Assembly: GCA_001179505.1 (NCBI GenBank)
Contig: CDMY01001012.1
Location: 1 to 6,257 of the forward strand
From: Vitrella brassicaformis CCMP3155
Taxonomy: Eukaryota > Protista > Chromerida
Length of the DNA stretch: 6,257 bases
Direction of reading: 5' to 3'
Shown in pieces: positions 1-6,257 of the stretch. The notes under the pieces were generated by a model. That model did no database searches, was not told the DNA's origin, and was given only the letters and a program-made list of their open reading frames with translations. Made by a program: the position numbers and the translations under genes. How positions within the stretch are numbered: position 1 is the first letter of the stretch; each line of letters begins with the position of its first letter.

Positions 1-189
1 CACACGCAACGGGACGGCAAACGACGTCTTGACTTGTCTTGACGTGTCCGAGCAGAACCGCAACGGAATCAGCTACAGAAAAGCTATGTATCTGAACATT
101 TTCCTTGGAAGCAGAAGACACCGAACGATCCAAAGCTCGCAATCGGGGAAGGAGAAGCGACGAGGGTGAGAAGGGCAGAGGGAGACGAT

Positions 190-255
190 GTACGTATCAG
201 CCATACACACACGCTGAATCTCCATGATCTTTTGTGTCTGTGTGTGTGTTCGCAG
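190..255 (+). other. Putative intron in the 5' leader of the 4TM gene (alternative donor GTGAGA at 166)
   Basis: Donor GTACGT at 190, ACACACAC at 205-212, GT repeat at 240-249, acceptor TTCGCAG ending at 255; 66 nt. Confidence 0.55.
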
Positions 256-322
256 GGATGAGCTGCGTTTCGTTATGAAGCGGCTTTCTTTCTTCAACGC
301 ACTCAGCATCGAGCACAGAGCG

Positions 323-391
323 GCACGCCATTACACACACAAGAGATCTGTGTGCTGTCGTGACAGTTTGTGTGACTCCTGTGTGTTGCAG
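323..391 (+). other. Possible second leader intron (GC-AG; donor position uncertain)
   Basis: Clear acceptor-like GTGTGTTGCAG ending at 391, 5 nt before the ATG at 397. AC tract at 333-340. The best donor candidate is the non-canonical GCACGC at 323. Confidence 0.3.
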
Positions 392-396
392 AGGCG

Positions 397-1347
397 ATGA
401 GGGAGTGGCTGTGGAGTTGTGTTGCGGTGTGGGCGGCCATCGGGGCGTTGGTGTTTTTCATCTGTGGCATGGTAGTCCCGATGGCCGGCATGCCCGAGTG
501 GCGGAGATCCCGCGCATACCAAGATGGAGCCGCTCACCCGCACTCACTCTCTCCGCAGTTCTATGAGAAGATGGAGCAGATATACGCCATCACGGGTGCC
601 GGCTACATCATCCGGCTGAAGCTGGTGGATGGAGCCGACGCCAGACGGTGCGGACGCGACACCGTCGACACACGAGTGCGATTCCATAAGTGCATATACA
701 CGCGCGACGACTCGAAGACGGGAAGCACCTGCGAGTGTAATGCATCGTACGGCTTCCTTGTCGACAAGAGCATCGAGAGGGGCGACGACAAGGCGGCCGC
801 TGTATGGGGACGTTACTACATCGCGCACATTGTTGCCTTGGCCGCGATGGTCACCGCTCCCGCCCTCGGCTCGTTATCCCTTGGGTGCTTTTTCTTGGCC
901 TCGCAGGAGTGTTACTATGATCCTGGGCCGACAGCCGGTAGCTGCGGCATCCCGCGCCGTCACTTCAATGTCATTGCCGCTGTCTTGTTCACGGCAAGCT
1001 ATGGGTTTCCCTTTGTTGCCTTCTTCGTGTGGAAACACCTGACCAACGTCGACTGGTGCTTCGACGCCGCCACGGGCGACATGCACGCAGCGCCGTGTGG
1101 GAGTAATGTGGGCCCCTATTTCATGCTTTACGCCTCAGCCGTCAATTTCGTCCCCATGGTCCTACTATTGGTTTTCGTACTTGCCGTCAAGTGCGTGGAG
1201 AGGCTGAGGGTCAAGGGGCAGTGCCATGCAGCCGGTGCGGCCGCCCCGGTGTCGGTGCCTGCCCCCGTCGTATCCCATGGGCCTCCGGCAGCTGTGGTGG
1301 GGAATGTGAGCAATCCACAAGACGGCGGTGATCTCGCCAACGTATGA
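397..1347 (+). CDS. Four-transmembrane protein, 316 aa, claudin/PMP22/amastin-like topology; no introns in the ORF
   Basis: Long GC-rich ORF. Hydrophobic segments at about aa 4-28, 141-168, 192-212 and 241-264. Large Cys-containing loop 1 (four Cys plus an N-A-S sequon). Short loop 2 with a Cys pair (DWCF...APCG). P-x-W after TM1 and GPYFML before TM4. Ala/Pro/Val-rich tail. The family call is by motif resemblance only. Confidence 0.85.
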   Translation: MREWLWSCVAVWAAIGALVFFICGMVVPMAGMPEWRRSRAYQDGAAHPHSLSPQFYEKMEQIYAITGAGYIIRLKLVDGADARRCGRDTVDTRVRFHKCIYTRDDSKTGSTCECNASYGFLVDKSIERGDDKAAAVWGRYYIAHIVALAAMVTAPALGSLSLGCFFLASQECYYDPGPTAGSCGIPRRHFNVIAAVLFTASYGFPFVAFFVWKHLTNVDWCFDAATGDMHAAPCGSNVGPYFMLYASAVNFVPMVLLLVFVLAVKCVERLRVKGQCHAAGAAAPVSVPAPVVSHGPPAAVVGNVSNPQDGGDLANV

Positions 1348-1426
1348 ATGAGGGAGGGAGGGAACAGCAGAGCAGACAGACAGACACATCGTGTGTATTA
1401 TATTTTATCGTATGTTCGGTGCTTTC

Positions 1427-1452
1427 CTGTGCTGTGCTGTGCTGTGCTGTGC
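1427..1452 (+). repeat. (CTGTG)5 microsatellite in the presumed 3' UTR
   Basis: Direct reading: ctgtg x5 + c. Confidence 0.9.
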
Positions 1453-1850
1453 CTTGTGTGTGATCCCACTCCTCTCTCTTGGTGTGTGGAAGAGGCTAAT
1501 GAGTGTCTGTGGTTTCTGTCTCTGCGTGTGATTTCCCAGACTGCAATGCATTTTTTGTGTGTTCCTTGATCGATCGACAGCCGTGAGTCGATGGTGTGTG
1601 CATGTCCGTGCGCTGCTGATTTTATTTTCCGTAACTTTGTTCATAGGCTGTGTATCGTCGATGCGCTTTGGGCTGTGTGTGTGTATTGGTTCGAGCAGAC
1701 AGACAACGAACGGGGTGCTCGTGCATTTACGCAGCTGTCGATGATCAAGCAGCCATATCGACATCAGACAGTCCCACTCTCACCCACTATCGACAACCAG
1801 GCCATCCGCTCAGAAAACCAAGCCAACACACAGCCACTTCAAAGACGCAG

Positions 1851-2061
1851 TCACAGGAGAGTATTAACAGCCGCAGTTAACGACATCGACTCGCTGAGCA
1901 TTTCTAATAGAAGCCCACCAGAGCCTTGACGAGCGTCGAGTGCTAGTACTGTGTGTTCGTGTGTGCTGTGCACGTCAAGTGACTGGTTGTTGATCTTGGC
2001 TAGCTGCGTGCCAATGCCCTTTTGCCGATGACCTTTTGCAGGCCTAGATCTCTTCATTTGT
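1851..2061 (-). CDS. AT-hook gene probable last exon (QMKRSRPAKGHRQKG...LLLEMLSESMSLTAAVNTLL*)
   Basis: The acceptor CATACATACAG splits codon AG|A, in phase with the donor at 2312. The reading frame equals ORF 1851..2120. Confidence 0.5.
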
Positions 2062-3764
2062 CTGTATGTATGTATGTGTGAACGTATGTGGGAGGCTTCC
2101 ACTGACCATGAGTGCGGCATTCACTTTCATGTCCGTTCGACTTGCGATCAACATTCACATGAAGCTTGTGGCATTCGATACACACGAACCATCACCATCC
2201 ATCCAATGTCCATGTCTCCATCCATCCGGCCACCGCATGATGGACGAATGTTATGTTGTCAGCTAGTCCATGTGTGCTGCACACACGCACGCGCACACGC
2301 ACACTGACTCACCTGACTGACGCCCTCCGCCTCTTGCGCGCCTCTCTGTCTCTGTTTCTGTTTCTGCTGGTGGTGCTGCTGCTGGTGGTGGCGTGAGCAC
2401 GGGGGGCGGGTGTGTGTGTCTGGTGGTGTGTGTGGTTGGGCGGGCGCGACGCGGCGGCGTGGCTGCTCGACTGGCTGAGGGCACTGACGAAGGAATCCAA
2501 ATGGTCCCGCTCGTCAGGCGGGAGGACGTCGCTGTAGTGGTGCAGGAGGTGGGATGACAGCGCGAGCAGGTCATGGACGGCACTGGCCGACACGGCGCCC
2601 ATCTGACGCATGGCCGTCTCCCGCCTCCTGATCTCCACCATGAACTGTTGGGTTTGCTGGCGGCGGGACTGGATGTGGCTCGGGTCGTGCATGGCGTGTG
2701 GCTTTGGCTGTGGCTGCAATTCCCCCTCTCCCTCCCCTTCCTCCCCACAGCTGTTGATGCTGTCAGCGGTGCGGCGCCTCTTGTAGTAGGTGCGTGCTGC
2801 GTTGACGAGCCAGTCGGGTGTGTCGGACACGTACATCTCACTCAGACGGCAGGCGACCACCCACAGCCCCCTGCACAAACACAGAGACACAGACGGGGAG
2901 AGGGGAGCAGTGAGTGGATGGCGTTGCACGTGTACGTCTGTGCGTGTGTTGTGTGTGTGTGTGCGTGGGTGGTTGCGTACAGTTGTGCCGCACACGATGC
3001 GATTTCTTCCTTCTTGGGTGGCCACGTCACCTTCGTACACTCTGCACACATACACACACACAGAAACAACGACCCACCCCTGTGTCTCTGTGGTGTATAT
3101 GAAATACCAGGCGCCAGCAGCGATCTGTTTGCTATGAACTTGAGCACGCCGAGCTCCGCTCGCCCCAACTCCAACGTCGAGCCAGCTTGGTACGCCGGCA
3201 TCTGATTGACACACACATCCCACCATGACCACACACACTCTCGTGTGAGCCCTTCCCCCGTCTCCACGAGTGTGGGAGTGTGTGTTTAGGTAACCTCGCC
3301 CTCGGTGTCTTGCTCGAAGAGTTTGGCGATGGCTGTCTGCACTTGATCCTCGGGCAACGACGACAAGAACTCCTGCAGCGTCATCCTGTTGTGCTGCTGC
3401 TGGTGGTTGCTGCGGCCGGCGACACTCTTGGGCGGGCGGCCGCGTTTCTTTGGCTGGGCGTGGCTCGTGTTGGTGTTGCTGTCCTTGTCATCGTCGCTAC
3501 TGTCGAGCTCCGAACCAAGCTCCTGCAAGCATGATCCACGGATGGGGAGACAGACAAACAGACAAACAAACAGACAGACAGACAGACAGATAGAGAAACA
3601 GACAGAGAGAAACAATGAATCAATCGCCTCGGGAGGAGCGTCATTCTGTGCTGCTGCCGCTGCTGCCGCTGGTCCTGTCTCACCTGGACGTGGGCAGCGT
3701 TCAGCAGCAGCAGCTTAAAGCCTCTGTCGATCACATCCCAAACGTCGTCGCCTCTTCTTCTCAT
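1851..3764 (-). CDS. Six-exon AT-hook-containing putative nuclear/DNA-binding protein, 410 aa: join complement(3684-3764, 3295-3522, 3108-3201, 2981-3041, 2313-2870, 1851-2061)
   Basis: Five GT-AG introns: 3683-3523 (GTGAGA..TTGCAG), 3294-3202 (GTTACC..AATCAG), 3107-3042 (GTATTT..GTGCAG), 2980-2871 (GTACGC..GTGCAG), 2312-2062 (GTGAGT..ATACAG). Phases 0,0,1,2,2 all join in frame, giving 1233 nt = 410 aa + stop. Exons 2-5 are well supported; the start codon and last exon are less certain. Confidence 0.75.
2313..2870 (-). CDS. AT-hook gene exon 5 (GLWVVACRLSEMY...YYKRRR...His/Thr/Ser-rich...RNRNRDREARKRRRASV)
   Basis: Acceptor GTTTGTGCAG. 558 nt open in the frame of ORF 2309..3238. Ends at AG|GTGAGT. 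Confidence 0.8.
2981..3041 (-). CDS. AT-hook gene exon 4 (ECTKVTWPPKKEEIASCAAQL)
   Basis: Acceptor GTATGTGTGCAG, donor CT|GTACGC; 61 nt, phase 1 to 2. Confidence 0.8.
3108..3201 (-). CDS. AT-hook gene exon 3 (MPAYQAGSTLELGRAELGVLKFIANRSLLAP)
   Basis: Acceptor GTGTGTGTCAATCAG, donor G|GTATTT; 94 nt, phase 0 to 1. Confidence 0.8.
3295..3522 (-). CDS. AT-hook gene exon 2 (ELGSELDSSDDD...KKRGRPPK...EQDTEGE)
   Basis: Follows a (TCTG)n tract and the acceptor TTGCAG. 228 nt open. Acidic patch, AT-hook and helical segment. Confidence 0.8.
3427..3450 (-). other. AT-hook motif KKRGRPPK
   Basis: Canonical RGRP core flanked by K/R/P in exon 2. Confidence 0.8.
3549..3614 (+). repeat. Degenerate (CAGA/CAAA)n microsatellite forming the (TCTG)n 3' tract of minus-strand intron 1
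   Basis: Direct reading: cagacaaacagacaaacaaacagacagacagacagacaga... Confidence 0.9.
3684..3764 (-). CDS. AT-hook gene exon 1 (MRRRGDDVWDVIDRGFKLLLLNAAHVQ)
   Basis: ATG at 3764 with an in-frame stop upstream at 3818-3816. Ends at CAG|GTGAGA in phase 0, matching exon 2. Confidence 0.6.
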
Positions 3765-3789
3765 TGCCACGATGCATCCAAGCAAATAA

Positions 3790-4510
3790 GTCGATCTGCT
3801 TCGGTCGATGTTCACTCAATACATGTACTGTATGTACACAATGACATTGGCGAGTGTGCATGGGCATCACTGCATCACATGCACGCAGTACACCAGGGCA
3901 GTGCAGTCCTCCGATGTCCGCTCAGCTGAAGGAGAATACCACACATTGCAAGGCAGGTAGATACTCCACTGGTGTCCTGTGCAGCCTTTCTTCTCATGCA
4001 GTCGGTAAAATCCATTGTCTCCCTCTGTGCGAGCTCTAAAATTTGAGAACATCCGAAAGTTGGAGTATCAGCAGTAGCTCGGGGTAGCGAGTAGGAATGT
4101 GACGAAGCCGAAAGAAGCATTCAGTGGCGACGGAGGTCTCATGGACACGCAAGCTTGGGTCCACATCCATCGCAATTCATGTCTCGTAGATCTCGCCCGT
4201 GTAACTCGGTCTCCGCTCTTCATGTCTCGTAGATCTCGCCCGTGTAACTCGGTCTCCGCTCTAACTCCCTCTCTCGCTCGTCAGCTTTTGCTTGTCGTTG
4301 CTGTCGAGCGCTCATCGTGAGGTGTTGGCGGTCAGCGAGATCATCGAGAAAGAAACAGACGAGGTGCTTTTTCGGCTGTTTGTCAGCTCACAGCAACTCG
4401 TCAAGCCATGCGGATGACGCTTGGAGAGATGGGAGGCATCTTGTGCTCTTGCTACCACCTCCGCATCACCACGCGGCTTGGCACGGCACTCGCATGCACA
4501 TCATGAACAT
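3790..4510 (+). pseudogene. Degenerate Mutator (MULE)-like transposase fragment with broken SWIM zinc finger
   Basis: Mosaic of frames in the expected order: LLRSMFTQYMYCMY / WASLHHMHAVHQG (3861-3899) / MSAQLKEN (from 3914) / [intron about 4159-4284 with CTAAC at 4261] FCLSLLSSAHREVLAVSEIIEKETDEVLFRLFV / MRMTLGEMGGILCSCYHLRITTRLGTALAC (4408-4497) / HIMN. There are several frameshifts and stops. Manual resemblance only. Confidence 0.45.
4176..4262 (+). repeat. Exact tandem duplication, 43-bp period, 2 copies
   Basis: tcatgtctcgtagatctcgcccgtgtaactcggtctccgctct at 4177-4219 and 4220-4262, with no mismatches. Confidence 0.97.
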
Positions 4511-5860
4511 GTAAGTGTGCCTTTCATTGTTCTGGCTGGCTGTCTGCCTTATCTGTCTGCCTTTCCCTGCCTGTCTGTCCTTCTCTAGGTCCAGACTCGG
4601 CTGCGGCAGAAGATACACATACACACACACACACGTAAGCATGTGTCAATTGTGTTTGTTTCTGTTGTTGGCTTCAGGGCTTGTGACGAAGCGCCACGCA
4701 AATATCCTGAAGACCATGGTGCTGACGTGTCTGCAGCCTGAGCTGACCATTCTTAGGTCGCTCTGCTGTCACAGACATCAGCTACTTACCTGACGGTCGA
4801 TAGCGCCTTTATTTCTATTGCTTACCTTTTCTCGGCGCCTTTCGTGTGGGCCTTTTACGCTCTTTTTCTTGTCTATACGGTCACTGATGGTGGGTTTGCT
4901 TGCCTGTGTTGGCTTCTCTGTCTCCCCCTCTTGACCGTATAGGTGAGCGAGGCATTAGAAGCACATGACGTGGCAAACATGCATGCCAGCTTGCTGAGTC
5001 AAATAGAACAGCCCTGCATGAGAACTGCTCTGTGTCAGTTTCTCGAATCACAAGAGAGACTGCAGGCCATGCGGATATTCACGGCCACGTGAGGGTGTAC
5101 AGTCCTCACGAGTCGTGATGTCCGTGCACACGTGGCTGCTCTCAATCTTNNNNNNNNNNNNNNNNNNNNNNNNNNNNNNNNNNNNNNNNNNNNNNNNNNN
5201 NNNNNNNNNNNNNNNNNNNNNNNNNNNNNNNNNNNNNNNNNNNNNNNNNNNNNNNNNNNNNNNNNNNNNNNNNNNNNNNNNNNNNNNNNNNNNNNNNNNN
5301 NNNNNNNNNNNNNNNNNNNNNNNNNNNNNNNNNNNNNNNNNNNNNNNNNNNNNNNNNNNNNNNNNNNNNNNNNNNNNNNNNNNNNNNNNNNNNNNNNNNN
5401 NNNNNNNNNNNNNNNNNNNNNNNNNNNNNNNNNNNNNNNNNNNNNNNNNCTGCTCTCAATCTTCCCATCTTCTAGATAGGTGGCTCTCGCCTCACACAGT
5501 ACCTCTGTGAGTGTCTGTAGCGATTCTGAGGGCTATCTCAGTCGTCCCTCGCTTTTGCCATTGCATCGCTCTGTGCCTTGTGTGTCTATAGACACACTGT
5601 GGCATCGGCATGCAATGGGTAAGTCAGACACATTTGTTTTGTAAGACATCAGTGATGTCTTTCTGCAGTGCGGCTCGACCTAGCTGTCTGTCTTTTGTGC
5701 AGCGAGCAAACACACGCCTTCTAGACGAGCTGAGACCGCATCAGGCCAGCTGCGCTATTTGTGCGCTGTGCTGTTATTGCTTTGCCTAATGCCCCCTCTG
5801 AGCTCAATGCCCCAGGAGTGAGCCAGCAATTGAGAGTCAGGCTAGGTTTTCAATGAACCG
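4511..5860 (+). pseudogene. Intron-rich downstream exons of the same decayed + strand gene (function unassigned)
   Basis: Serial donor/acceptor pairs on +: 4511-4588, 4635 (or mutated donor at 4613)-4677, 4757-4942, 5089-5475/5479 (across the gap), 5507-5591, 5619-5668/5702, 5761-5815. Exon-like peptides: LVTKRHANILKTMVLTCLQPELTIL, VSEALEAHDVANMHASLLSQIEQPCMRTALCQFLESQERLQAMRIF, RWLSPHTVP, RANTRLLDELRPHQASCAI. Not all phases match. Confidence 0.45.
5150..5449. other. Assembly gap (300 N) with 14-nt identical flanks
   Basis: ctgctctcaatctt at 5136-5149 and again at 5450-5463. Confidence 0.95.
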
Positions 5861-6257
5861 AATCCACTTAGGACGCAGAGCATCATCAATGCATTTTGTG
5901 TATGCATGCGACATTCCACCGTGCGCTGGTCCGTGACTCAATGCTGTAAATGTTTGATTTTGCGTGAGGGACATCTGGACTTTGAAATAGAGGTGACGAA
6001 TCACTTGGTGCAGCCATGGCACATGCTCTTCTGACTGCATCTGAGCAATCACAGCACTCTCTAAGTCCTTTCCCTCTCACACGCACTGTCAATGTGTTCC
6101 TTGATCAAAAATACAACTGCATGCAGACCAATTCCTCATGGAATCGATCAGCAGTAAATCACTTCTCTCTCAGTCAGTTCTTTCTCAGCCCTCATCAATC
6201 AATGCACATCTGTCATCCATCGATCAACCAGCCGGCAGACCAATCGACCAACAGACG

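Noticed and set aside
155-313. Spliced leader peptide RRGDELRFVMKR---LSFFNALSIE resembles exon 1 of the minus gene (RRGDDVWDVIDRGFKLLLLNAAHVQ)
   Set aside because: Only about 9 identities with a 3-residue gap. The hand-estimated score is far below significance for a six-frame self-comparison, and there is no nucleotide-level support.
544-1389. Short overlapping ORFs on both strands within the 4TM CDS
   Set aside because: Expected by-products of a GC-rich coding region; no independent signals.
2573-3205. 210-aa + strand ORF and other ORFs antisense to the AT-hook gene (e.g. 2790..3137, 3280..3534, 3389..3718)
   Set aside because: These are shadows of GC-rich exons. They run through microsatellite-rich intron sequence and show no coherent protein features.
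4783-4792. TACTTACCTG matches the 5' end of U1 snRNA
   Set aside because: The downstream sequence lacks U1 loop I (GATCACGAAG-like), its stems and an Sm site. It is simply the reverse complement of a donor consensus.
4601-4825. Minus-strand donor consensuses (4789, 4825) and an acceptor-like GT tract ending at 4601, suggesting an antisense spliced transcript
   Set aside because: The acceptor-like look is explained by the reverse complement of a + strand intron's AC tract, and no coherent minus-strand frame links it to the AT-hook gene. Stranded RNA-seq would be needed to revive this.
5115-5510. ORFs of 108-131 aa spanning the N run
   Set aside because: Artefacts of translating Ns as X.
5461-6257. 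Apparent CpG depletion in the decayed region (hand count about 28 CG in 797 nt versus about 33 in 300 nt of the 4TM CDS)
   Set aside because: Non-coding control 1381-1860 is also low (about 24 in 480 nt), so the contrast mostly reflects coding versus non-coding composition rather than transposon methylation.
1-6257. Terminal inverted repeats or target-site duplications delimiting a Mutator element; CRISPR-like arrays; tRNA/rRNA
   Set aside because: No long inverted repeat pair, no repeat-spacer periodicity and no structural RNA signature were seen by eye. Element ends may lie outside the window or be decayed.

Overview
Eukaryotic, microsatellite-rich and intron-dense genomic DNA. The composition is reminiscent of protists such as the chromerid Vitrella, but the organism is an inference. 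Three units are visible. (1) An intron-free 316-aa ORF on + (397-1347) encodes a four-transmembrane protein with claudin/PMP22/amastin-like topology, preceded by a probably spliced 5' leader. (2) A convergent six-exon gene on - (3764->1851, 410 aa), only fragments of which appear in the ORF track, assembles with phase-consistent GT-AG introns. It carries an AT-hook (KKRGRPPK), an unassigned helical domain and basic NLS-like patches. (3) A decayed, multi-intron gene on + (about 3790-5860) has Mutator (MULE)-transposase-like motifs and a broken SWIM finger in its 5' half. It also contains an exact 43-bp tandem duplication and a 300-N gap whose flanks overlap by 14 nt. The most striking cross-cutting pattern is that many introns carry complementary AC-rich and GT-rich tracts at opposite ends, suggesting hairpin-assisted splicing. 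All family assignments come from manual motif reading, not database searches.
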